The position numbers were made by a program, and so were the translations under genes. A stretch of DNA of 32,000 nucleotides, taken from NCBI RefSeq assembly GCF_000007145.1, contig NC_003902.1, forward strand, positions 3,506,497-3,538,496, read 5' to 3'. Position 1 is the stretch's first letter. Each line of letters starts with the position of its first letter. The DNA comes from Xanthomonas campestris pv. campestris str. ATCC 33913. Lineage in GTDB: Bacteria; Pseudomonadota; Gammaproteobacteria; Xanthomonadales; Xanthomonadaceae. This document shows positions 11,753 to 19,849 of this stretch, piece by piece. Under the pieces are notes generated by a model. The model was not told the origin of the DNA and did not search any database. It saw nothing but the letters and a program-made list of their open reading frames with translations.

Positions 11753-12321
11753 GAGGGCAGATGCACGTCCTGCCCGGCAGAGCAGGATCACGCGCGCAGT
11801 GAGGATGCGTCATTGTGCAACATCGCTGCGGACGCCAACGTTGAAGCCCTGGGTATTTCATCTCGCGGCGCCCACTTCACCGGCCGCCGCGGCGCGCTCC
11901 TGAGAACAACAGACGCTCCTGCTGGTCAGCGCCACAGACAGACAACGCGCAGCCAACGCATGAGTCCTCAGGCGCACGCACTGCGGCAAAACGATAGCGC
12001 CTGTCACATTGCAGCAGTCAACGGCCAGCGGTGAAACGCAGTGCGTGCGCCGGTACGTGCCTGCCGGCTAAACCAGTGTCAGCGCAGGCCATGCCGATTC
12101 GTACGATGGCCATGTGCTTCGCCGTGCCGACTCTTCGCGGCGGTATGCAGGCACATAGTGCACGCTCTCAACGCGCTGAGCTTTGATCGATGAACACCCC
12201 CTCCTGAGTCCGCTGCAGCCTGCTTGCACGCCGGACGCGCGCACCCGGCATCACCTCGATCAGCGCACTGACCAACTCCTACTTCCGGCCCGCCCTGGGC
12301 CCTTGAAACAAGGTCACCCCC

Positions 12322-13575
12322 ATGTTTCCACGCCAACACCGCACAGCGCTCCACATCCTTGCCATCGCCGTTGCCGGCGCCTTGCTGCCCGGCATGGCGT
12401 TGGCTGCGCCTGCACTCGGCACGCTATTGAACAGCAACTTCCTGAGCAGTTACCCACGCGATGTGATCGCCGTGCTGGTCAAAGACGACCAGCCGCTTGA
12501 ACAGCCCAAATGCAATGTGCGGCTGGCCGAATTCACCTATGCCACCGTTGGTGTCAACGGCGAGCCGACCACGGCCTCCGCCGCGATGTTGGTACCGGGA
12601 GGCCCGCAATGTCAGGGGCCCTATCCCCTGCTCGGCTGGGGCGACGGCACGCAGACGCTGCGGCGCGATGAGATGGCCAAGGACATCCGCGATGCCAAGG
12701 GCAATGACCCGCTGGTAACGCACCTGGCCAGTCAGGGCTATGTGGTCGTCAGCACCGATTACCTCGGGCTCGGCAAGTCCAGCTATCCCTTCCATCCTTA
12801 TTTGCACAGCGCGACCGAAGCCAACGCGATGATCGATGCGCTGCGCGCGGCCCGCACCGTGCTGGACCGGTTGAACACGCCGTTGTCGGGCAAGGTGATG
12901 TTGTCGGGTTACTCGGTCGGCGGGCACGCGGCGATGGCCAGCCAACGCGAGATCGAAGCGCATCTGTCGAAGGAATTCAATCTGGTCGCCAGCGCACCGA
13001 TTGCCGGCCCGTACGCGCTCGAACAGACCTTTGTCGATAGCTGGAGCGGGCGTAATACGGTCGGCGAAAGCACCTTCGGCCTGGTGCTGGCGAGCTACGC
13101 CATCGTCGGCATGCAGCACGCGTATCAAAACATCTATACCGCGCCATCGCAGGTGTTCCGCGCGCCGTGGGCGGCCACCGTCGAATCACAATTCCCCGGC
13201 ACCAAGAGCCTGCTGGACCTGTTTGTCGATTTGCCGGAGATCGGCAAGGTCAAACAGTACTTCCAGGCCGATTTCTACCGCGACTTTGCCAGCAACCCGA
13301 ACAATCCCTTCCGCAAGGATTTGGCCCGCAACGACCTGCTGGACTGGCGCCCGCGGACCAAGACGCTGCTGTGCGGCTCGTCCAATGACGCCACCGTGCC
13401 GCTGAAGAATGCAACCACTGCCATCGCCGCCTTCGAGCAGCGCGGCAGCACCCAGGTGTCACTGGTGGACCTGGGCACCGGCAAGGCCAGCGACAATAGT
13501 GCCGGTGAGCATCTGGCCATCAAGGACAGCTGCATCGTGGCGGTGCGCCAGCAACTGTTGGACAAGCAGCGCTGA
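12322..13575 (+). CDS. secreted alpha/beta hydrolase (lipase/esterase-like)
   Basis: 417 aa. Signal peptide (ALLPGMALAAPA) and nucleophile elbow GYSVGGH. The overall layout resembles secretory lipase family proteins. Confidence 0.75.
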   Translation: MFPRQHRTALHILAIAVAGALLPGMALAAPALGTLLNSNFLSSYPRDVIAVLVKDDQPLEQPKCNVRLAEFTYATVGVNGEPTTASAAMLVPGGPQCQGPYPLLGWGDGTQTLRRDEMAKDIRDAKGNDPLVTHLASQGYVVVSTDYLGLGKSSYPFHPYLHSATEANAMIDALRAARTVLDRLNTPLSGKVMLSGYSVGGHAAMASQREIEAHLSKEFNLVASAPIAGPYALEQTFVDSWSGRNTVGESTFGLVLASYAIVGMQHAYQNIYTAPSQVFRAPWAATVESQFPGTKSLLDLFVDLPEIGKVKQYFQADFYRDFASNPNNPFRKDLARNDLLDWRPRTKTLLCGSSNDATVPLKNATTAIAAFEQRGSTQVSLVDLGTGKASDNSAGEHLAIKDSCIVAVRQQLLDKQR

Positions 13576-13596
13576 TCGATCCTGCACAAGGACTCC

Positions 13597-13634
13597 CCGG
13601 AACGCCGCGATCTTCGGGCGTTCCGGAGAGTTTT
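13597..13634 (+). terminator. rho-independent terminator after the hydrolase gene
   Basis: CCGGAACGCC (13597-13606) pairs with GGCGTTCCGG (13617-13626). It is followed by agagTTTTg. Confidence 0.6.
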
Positions 13635-13710
13635 GCCGTGCAGGGTGATCGCATGGACGACATAGTCGCTTCAGCGATTCGGGCGCAGTGCGTGCCAACG
13701 CTAGGCGCGA

Positions 13711-14061
13711 TCAGGCTTTCTGCAACAGCGCCAATGCGTCCTGCAGGTCGCGGAAACGAAAGGGCTTCTGCACCCCGTGCCGGTGACGGAACTTCTCTGG
13801 AATCCCGCTGGAGGCATAGCCGGTCACGAAGATATACGGCACGCCGCGCGCATCCAGTTCTTCGGCAATCGGGAAGGACATCGTGCCGCCCAGATTGACG
13901 TCCAGCACTGCCATATCCAGATTGCCCTTTTTCACCGCCTCAAGCGCGGTGCTGACATCGCCCACGGTCCCGGCCACTTCATAGCCCAGTTCGGCCAGGC
14001 AATCTTCGAGCAACATGGCCACCAGCGACTCGTCTTCTACCACCAGTACGCGCGCACTCAT
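13711..14061 (-). CDS. single-domain response regulator
   Basis: 116 aa from ATG 14061 (MSARVLVVEDE...). Receiver residues are present: VEDE, AVLDVNL, FVTGY, QKPF. Its start overlaps the kinase stop (ATGA at 14058-14061). Confidence 0.85.
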   Translation of the reverse strand: MSARVLVVEDESLVAMLLEDCLAELGYEVAGTVGDVSTALEAVKKGNLDMAVLDVNLGGTMSFPIAEELDARGVPYIFVTGYASSGIPEKFRHRHGVQKPFRFRDLQDALALLQKA

Positions 14062-15068
14062 GCTGCCAGCTCCGCGGTCGCAGCCGGCAACGCCAACGAC
14101 ACGCGGTAGGACACACCCGCCGTATCGAAGACCCAGGACACATCGCCATTGAGATCGTGCTTCAGGCCCCGCTCCAGCAATCGCGAGCCGAAGCCCTTGC
14201 GTTGCGGCGGCTGCACTTCCGGGCCACCACTTTCCTGCCACAACAACTCCAGGCGATTCTCGCCCTCGCGCATGGTGCACTCCCAGGCAATCCGTACGCG
14301 CCCTTCCGCGGACGACAGCGCACCGTGCTTCACCGCATTGGTGCACAACTCATGCAAGGCCATCGCCAGCGCCAGTGCGCGGCGCGGGTCCAGCCGGCAG
14401 GAACTGCCATGCAGCTCGAACCGCTGCCCCTGGTGTGACTCGCACAGCTCCACCGCATCGCGTGTGAGTTCGGCGATATCGGCGCTCACCCAATTCTCGC
14501 GGGTCAAGGTGTTATGCGCACTGGAGAGCGCCATGAGGCGCGCGTCGATCTTTTCATTGGCATCGTCCAGGCTTTCGGCGTTCTTCAGCGACTGCCGCGC
14601 CAGGGACTGCACCATCACCAGGGAGTTTTTCACCCGGTGATTGAGCTCATTGATCAGCAGCTGCAGATGCTGCTCATGCTGCTTGCGTTCGGTGACGTCA
14701 CGGGTGGCACCGGCGATGGCCTCAACGCGGCCATCGGGCCCGAACACCGGCGTAAAAATGTAGTCATACACCCGCACGCCCTTGCTGATGTGCGGGAACG
14801 GCACTTCGCCACGCAATGGCTGGCCGGTGGCAATGACGCGCTCGATTTCCTCATCGTGCATCGCCGCGTGCCACGGCTCGTAGCCGATCTCCAGACAGGT
14901 CTTGCCGGACGCCTGCTCCCACTCCATGCCCCACATCGCCAACAGCGCTTCATTGGCGTAGATGAAACGGTGCTGGGTATCGAACACGTACAGGAGATCG
15001 GGAGTGGCCTGCAAAAGCGCTTTGTAGATGCGCGATTTCGCGGCGTCTTCTTGCTGCTCGGCTATCAC
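14058..15068 (-). CDS. PAS-domain HWE/HisKA_2 family sensor histidine kinase
   Basis: 336 aa with a GTG start. N-terminal PAS domain (LLYVFD...DVTERK), H-box LINELNHRVKNSL and an HWE-type ATPase region (HELCTNAVKHGA, GFGSRLL). Cytoplasmic, with no TM segment. Confidence 0.85.
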   Translation of the reverse strand: MIAEQQEDAAKSRIYKALLQATPDLLYVFDTQHRFIYANEALLAMWGMEWEQASGKTCLEIGYEPWHAAMHDEEIERVIATGQPLRGEVPFPHISKGVRVYDYIFTPVFGPDGRVEAIAGATRDVTERKQHEQHLQLLINELNHRVKNSLVMVQSLARQSLKNAESLDDANEKIDARLMALSSAHNTLTRENWVSADIAELTRDAVELCESHQGQRFELHGSSCRLDPRRALALAMALHELCTNAVKHGALSSAEGRVRIAWECTMREGENRLELLWQESGGPEVQPPQRKGFGSRLLERGLKHDLNGDVSWVFDTAGVSYRVSLALPAATAELAA

Positions 15069-15900
15069 GTCATCTGGCCCCGGAATTGGCGTGCACGATA
15101 GCAGGCTGATGTGAAAGCCTCATCATGAACCACGCCCGCCAGGCGGACTGATCCATTGCGCACGCCAGGCGCACCATTGGCATCGAATCGCGTGCCATGA
15201 CCTCGACCTATTGGCGACGTGCGAGCAATCGCGCGTCACTTCGATAGGGATCTGACCGGCTTGCATCACTTCCCGCGATGCAGCGCTTTTTTGAATATTG
15301 GGAATCGATCGGAACAACCAACCGCCGGAGCGAATGCGATTTTCCAGACGAGCGACCAAATTGCGTACTGTCCGGCCAACGCGGTAATGGGCGAGGCCGA
15401 TCAATATGACCCTCTCAAGGGAAATCCCCGAAAAACTCAATAAATTCCGACAGGGCGTCATTCCTTCATTACTGGTTTTAACGGCCGCCTTCTTTCTCTA
15501 TCAAAATGAAATACATTCGCCGCATCGATATTCAAGCGGCACTGGAAACGCACCAATCGCTCCCGCGCATTCCTTCCTCACGCTACGCAGGCATTGGACA
15601 CAATGGCTGTGCCAGATCCAGGATCAGGAAAGTTTCTACAGGGTCAGCTTTGTGTCACCCGAGCAGTGCGCGCAGATCTATGGCGAGGCCGTCGACACGC
15701 CTGAAGAATGAATCGAACGCGTCCAATTCTCAGCATCCTGAGATAGGCAATCAACCATTCGCCGCAGCATGCTGAATAACGCACATCGGTAATACACAAG
15801 AGGCTGCAAGCATCATGGGATCGTCTTATCCGCGCCGTAGCCTGCGCGATGACAACGCTCCACCAGCCGCATAACTCCATTTCCTATCAAAGCGACCCTT

Positions 15901-16218
15901 ATGAACATGCACGAGCCCCTGCGTCGAAAATCGATTCAAAAGACCATTATTGCTTCCGCGATTTTTCTCTTATTTGCGGGAACCAATTTGGCCGTCGCAA
16001 AGCCTTTGAAATTCGTCTATCAAACGACTCAGATGACCTCCTTCACCGCTGGCGGGCCCGGCCGGACCGAGATCTTTAGTCAGCAATGGGCTGATGGCGC
16101 AGCGCAATGCCGCGTTGCGTTTCCGCAAACCACCGCCGTGCGGCTGGGCCGGGTCAACGCACGTGCAATCAATGCCAGGACCTACGCCGTCACCGGCAAA
16201 TGGATCTGCAAAGGCTGA
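15901..16218 (+). CDS. small secreted hypothetical protein (105 aa)
   Basis: Signal-peptide-like N-terminus (KTIIASAIFLLFAGTNLAVA) and two Cys in the mature part. Sits in a lower-GC patch. Weak SD. Confidence 0.4.
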   Translation: MNMHEPLRRKSIQKTIIASAIFLLFAGTNLAVAKPLKFVYQTTQMTSFTAGGPGRTEIFSQQWADGAAQCRVAFPQTTAVRLGRVNARAINARTYAVTGKWICKG

Positions 16219-16499
16219 TCACATCGCCACCTGACACTGGCCCCGGGCAAGACCGGGGCAGCAGCTTCGGCCGGCGTCACCGACTGACGGCATCCAGCGC
16301 TCACCGCAGACCGCCGTGCTACGCGCGCGGCATCACGGTGGCAGCCGTGACAGCCGCGACGACTGTTGCCCCAGGGGATGCATGTCGGACACGAGCTGCC
16401 ATCTTGGCCACTCGTAGACGCCTCGGAACGCAGGCCCGCTCCCTGCAACGACCGACCGGGGCCGCGGAGTGCCAGCCAGAACGGCTCGTACAGACAAAC

Positions 16500-16523
16500 A
16501 AAAGGCGCCAAAGGCGCCTTTTT
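16500..16523. terminator. bidirectional hairpin terminator (AAAAGGCGCC-aaa-GGCGCCTTTT)
   Basis: Perfect stem flanked by an A-run and a T-run. On the minus strand it lies 15 nt downstream of the tRNA-Lys CCA end and is followed by TTTTGTTTG. Confidence 0.7.
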
Positions 16524-16538
16524 GCTGACTGAATTGAA

Positions 16539-16583
16539 TGGTGGGCCGTGATGGATTCGAACCATCGACCAAAAGATTAAAAG
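16539..16583 (-). tRNA. 3' fragment only of tRNA-Lys(UUU): anticodon loop to CCA, not a complete gene; probable att remnant
   Basis: The minus strand reads CTTTTAA-TCTTT-TGGTC-GATGG-TTCGAAT-CCATC-ACGGCCC-A-CCA. This matches anticodon loop/3' stem, variable loop, T arm and acceptor 3' strand. The sequence beyond 16583 cannot form the anticodon 5' stem, D arm or acceptor 5' strand. Confidence 0.8.
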
Positions 16584-16737
16584 GCAGAGAAAGTTAGCTT
16601 TCGGATCAATGATTTGCACCGGCTAATTTTTCCGGGGGCTATCCGTGAAACCGTTGGAGCTACGTTGCTAAGCACTTAATTTTTCCGCCACTCAGGCCTG
16701 CGGAAAGGGGCGCTTGCATAGATGCATTTCAGCCTTC

Positions 16738-17073
16738 TCAGCGACAGCTTTCCGCCGCCGCCGCGGCCTTCTTGAAGACGCCTCCCTGCACAACGCTACG
16801 GATCTCGACTCTGGAACCATCGGAGTCGGGAATGATGGTCACTGTTCCAAGTACTGCGGGATCAGCAACAAACGAATAAACCTGCGCCTCGCCATCTGGC
16901 CCGCCCGTCACTCTGGGCGCTATGTCCCGGAGCTTCGGCGCCAAACAGCGTTCTACCTCCTTTGGCGACCGATCGCTTTCGAGCGTGAACCACGGCGCCT
17001 GTGCTTGCCGTTCTGAATAAGAGGCGCATCCGCATAGCAGCGACACCAGAGCCATGTACGCGATCAGTTTCAT
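16738..17073 (-). CDS. prophage-borne lipoprotein (111 aa)
   Basis: ATG 17073 lies 6 nt after GGGAG. Signal peptide with lipobox (MKLIAYMALVSLLCGC). It is the first gene inside the att junction. Confidence 0.65.
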   Translation of the reverse strand: MKLIAYMALVSLLCGCASYSERQAQAPWFTLESDRSPKEVERCLAPKLRDIAPRVTGGPDGEAQVYSFVADPAVLGTVTIIPDSDGSRVEIRSVVQGGVFKKAAAAAESCR

Positions 17074-17357
17074 TTGCAACTCCCGTTTTTTTCATCTTAA
17101 CTGCGGGAGCTGTACGGCGTGAGTTCTAGCTGCAAGTGCCGGAAAGACGCTGCTCAAGCATCTCGCGGGGTGAGCGACCAAGGGTCCCGCGTCCGGCATG
17201 GGTAGATTGCCTAGAATCGCTTGTTTGCGAACTCAGGCAAGTGCTTGTCAAAGAGTGAGCATTCTCTGGTGTCGGTGTAAGCCATGCTTTCGGCTAAGGC
17301 CATCCATCGCTTGACGGCGTACGGCTGAATGGCGTCAGCAATTTTCTGGGTCGATTT

Positions 17358-17395
17358 TTAGTAATTTTGCTAACTTGCCTGGCCGTCTCTATCTA
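17358..17395 (+). promoter_or_regulatory. candidate SOS (LexA) box overlapping a sigma70-like promoter of umuDC
   Basis: TTAGTAATTTTGCTAA (17358-17373) fits the Xanthomonas/Xylella-type TTAG-N6-TACTA motif with one mismatch. TTGCTA-N17-TATCTA (17367-17395) lies about 30 nt upstream of the umuD ATG. Confidence 0.45.
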
Positions 17396-17423
17396 TGAGA
17401 CTTTGTGCCTCGAGAGTTGCGCC

Positions 17424-17903
17424 ATGTTGGCCCTACCTCCCCCTCACACCTACGCCCGCCTGCTGGGACCGGCCTGTCTCGATCCGGTCCCGCTCTGCCT
17501 GCCCGTCAGCGCGCTCCGGATCCAGCTCGGCTTCCCTTCACCCGCCGAGGATTTCCAAGACGACGAGCTCGATCTTAACCGGGTACTGATACGCAACCCG
17601 CCAGCCACTTTTCTATACAGGGCAGAGGGTTGGAGCATGATCTTGGCCGGCGTCTGCGATGGGGACATCCTGGTTGTGGACCGCTCGGTGCGTCCGATCC
17701 AGGGCGACATGGTGCTGGCCATCTGGGATGGCAATCAGCCGGTCTGCAAGATTCTTCAGGTCGCCGTCGACCACATCGAGCTCCATAGCCGAAGCCCACA
17801 TTGCGCGCCCATCGTGCTGGCGCCAGGCACAGAGGTTGAGGTCTTCGCCGTCGTGGGCGTAGTCCGCCAAGTCACCCGCGCGCATTCCCGCGCCGGCCGC
17901 TGA
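17424..17903 (+). CDS. umuD: UmuD-like S24 peptidase (translesion polymerase V accessory subunit)
   Basis: 159 aa from ATG 17424. GFPSPAEDF cleavage-region motif, Ser nucleophile in EGWSM and Lys in VCKIL. Its stop overlaps the umuC start (TGATG). Confidence 0.85.
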   Translation: MLALPPPHTYARLLGPACLDPVPLCLPVSALRIQLGFPSPAEDFQDDELDLNRVLIRNPPATFLYRAEGWSMILAGVCDGDILVVDRSVRPIQGDMVLAIWDGNQPVCKILQVAVDHIELHSRSPHCAPIVLAPGTEVEVFAVVGVVRQVTRAHSRAGR

Positions 17904-19189
17904 TGTTCGCGCTGATCGACGGCAATAACTTCTACGCTAGCTGCGAGCGCGTGTTCCAGCCCGAGCTGCGTGGCAGGCCGTTGGTCGTGCTCAGCAACAA
18001 CGATGGCTGCGCTATTGCTCGATCGGACGAGGCCAAAGCCCTAGGTGTCACGATGGGCCAGCCGATCCACAAGGTGCCACCGCAGATCCGTCGCCGGCTA
18101 GCGCTGCGCTCCGCAAATTTCGGTCTCTACGGCGACATCGCTTCTCGCATTGGCGTCATCCTGCGTCAGGCCGCGCCACGCGTGGAGGTGTATTCGATCG
18201 ACGAGTCGTTCCTCGACCTGGCCGGCATCCGCGATTGCCGGCAGCTGGCGGTCGACCTGCGCGAGCGAGTTCACCAATGGACGGGCATCCCCAACTGCAT
18301 TGGCATCGCGCCGACCAAGACCTTGGCCAAGCTGGCCAACCGGGTCGCCAAGGATGCAGCGCGTAAGCCGGGCAGCTACCCAGCTAGTCTGGCCGGCGTC
18401 TGTGACCTGGCTGCGCTCAGCGCCAGTGAGCTCGATGCGGTGCTGCGAGCCACGGCGGTTGGCGACCTCTGGGGCGTTGGCAGGCGCTGGGGCGCGAGGC
18501 TGCAGGCACGCGGCGTCTTTACGGCAGCCGATCTGCGAGACGCCGCTGCAGACGACTTGCTAGCGGAGTTCGGTGTGGTCATGGCGCGCACGCAACGGGA
18601 GTTGCAGGGCCATGCATGCCTGCAGCTGGAGGAAGTCGAGCCCGACCGTCAGCAGATCATGGTCAGCCGGTCGTTCGGGACCTGGGTGACCGATCCACAA
18701 GATATGGCGGAGGCGCTGGCAACTTTTGCCATGCGCGCCACCGAGAAGCTGCGCGCACGCGGGCTGACCACATGCGCCATTGGCATCTTTGCCGAGACGG
18801 ATTCGTTCAAGCCCGGTGTGCCGCAGCACAACCCATCACGCACCGCGCCACTTGCCTCGGCTACATCCGACAGCCGCGTGGTGCTCACGGTTGTGCGCCG
18901 GCTGCTCCAGGGCTTCATGCGCGATGGCTTCACCTACAAGAAGGCCGGCGTGTGCCTAATGGATCTCGCCGCGCCCGAGGATCTGCAGGGCGACCTCTTC
19001 ACCCCGGCACGCATAGGCGACGACAAGCTGATGAGCACCCTGGATGCCATCAACCGGCGGTTCGGTCGCGGCACGGCCGGGCTGGGTGCAAGCGGCTGGC
19101 AGAAGTCCCCCGAATGGGCATCGCGGCAAGATCTGCTATCGGGCCGCTTCACCACATCGCTAGCTGACCTCCCTCGCGCCTCCTGCTAG
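17903..19189 (+). CDS. umuC: UmuC-like Y-family DNA polymerase
   Basis: 428 aa. N-terminus MFALIDGNNFYASCERVF, plus LSNNDGC and YSIDESFLDL, typical of UmuC/ImpB. Confidence 0.9.
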   Translation: MFALIDGNNFYASCERVFQPELRGRPLVVLSNNDGCAIARSDEAKALGVTMGQPIHKVPPQIRRRLALRSANFGLYGDIASRIGVILRQAAPRVEVYSIDESFLDLAGIRDCRQLAVDLRERVHQWTGIPNCIGIAPTKTLAKLANRVAKDAARKPGSYPASLAGVCDLAALSASELDAVLRATAVGDLWGVGRRWGARLQARGVFTAADLRDAAADDLLAEFGVVMARTQRELQGHACLQLEEVEPDRQQIMVSRSFGTWVTDPQDMAEALATFAMRATEKLRARGLTTCAIGIFAETDSFKPGVPQHNPSRTAPLASATSDSRVVLTVVRRLLQGFMRDGFTYKKAGVCLMDLAAPEDLQGDLFTPARIGDDKLMSTLDAINRRFGRGTAGLGASGWQKSPEWASRQDLLSGRFTTSLADLPRASC

Positions 19190-19361
19190 CTGGCAGCCCT
19201 CGCGGGCAGCAGTACACGATCTGCGGATGACTTCTTGCAACTTTCAGCCATGGAGCGGCGTCGACACGCGGCCGAAGTTGTGAGCAAGCAATAACGAGCT
19301 GAACCATGAAGCGCCTAATCGCAGCCCTATATGGCAATTTTCGATGTGCCCATCGGGCCAA

Positions 19362-19635
19362 GGTAATCCAGGTAATCAAACTCTGAAGAAGCAAAATTAT
19401 TTATATTTTTCAATAATTTAGAGGATTTTTCAAAAGGTAATAAAAAGGTGATGAGGGGGTAATCTGATTACCTTTCCAGCAGGTAATCTTGAATCCTATA
19501 AAAACCCTTATAGATCAATGGCATTACCTTTCAGGATCCGCCGGGTTACCAAAAATCACCCTGCAAGGTAATCCAGGCTTTGCTATATCATTCAATGACT
19601 TGGGAGCACCTCAAAGGCAAGAATTACCGATTACC
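19362..19635. repeat. array of about 11 GGTAATC/GATTACC heptamers flanking a very AT-rich stretch
   Basis: Exact copies lie at 19362, 19371, 19458, 19482 and 19567 (+) and at 19466 and 19629 (-). One-mismatch copies lie at 19436, 19522, 19544 and 19622. There is a perfect palindrome GGTAATC-T-GATTACC at 19458-19472. The 13-mer AAGGTAATCCAGG is repeated at 19360 and 19565. Confidence 0.8.
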
Positions 19636-19741
19636 CGATCCCGGTGGTCACATGAAAAATTTGGCGGTCTGTGGCCATCGCGCGAACGCGAGCAAGGGCG
19701 CGCTGCTGCCCCGTGACGGCGCGGAATTCCGCAGGGTCTAG
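19595..19741 (+). CDS. short HNH-endonuclease-like ORF (48 aa from ATG; possibly degenerate)
   Basis: Not in the ORF track (<60 aa). Translation is MTWEHLKGKNYRLPDPGGHMKNLAVCGHRANASKGALLPRDGAEFRRV. It shows the pattern EH...GG...NL..C....N..KG, reminiscent of the HNH core. No good SD, and it overlaps the heptamer array. Confidence 0.25.
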   Translation: MTWEHLKGKNYRLPDPGGHMKNLAVCGHRANASKGALLPRDGAEFRRV

Positions 19742-19830
19742 CAAGGGACCAGAACCCCCCATGACGCTAGGACTGGCGCCCGTTTCGGGGGCATGCAGCA
19801 GTGCATCGAAATGGCCCTATGAAGACCGCA

Positions 19831-19849
19831 GGCGTGGCGGGGCGACGAT
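19831..19849 (+). other. candidate cos (cohesive end) site of the P2-family prophage
   Basis: GGCGTGGCGGGGCGACGAT followed by TGCGCGC. As I remember them, the P2 left end is GGCGAGGCGGGGAAAGCAC-TGCGCGC and the 186 end is GGCGTGGCGGGGAAAGCAT. The first 12 nt are identical to 186, and the orientation points toward Q as in P2. Confidence 0.5.

Noticed and set aside
10398-11861. 487-aa alternative-frame ORF over the ClC gene
   Set aside because: Arg/Gly/Ala-rich out-of-frame product. The ClC frame has the channel motifs and TM helices.
11792-12321. Fluoride (crcB-type) riboswitch upstream of the ClC gene
   Set aside because: I could not find the conserved riboswitch core segments in the minus-strand leader. 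The ClC also has CBS domains, unlike typical fluoride-specific ClC-F proteins.
16539-16625. A complete tRNA gene
   Set aside because: Only the 3' 45 nt fit a tRNA. The sequence upstream on the minus strand cannot pair with the acceptor 3' strand ACGGCCC or the anticodon 3' stem TCTTT.
19362-19635. CRISPR array
   Set aside because: The repeat unit is only 7 nt, occurs in both orientations with irregular spacing and lacks spacer-like unique segments of uniform length. No cas genes are present.
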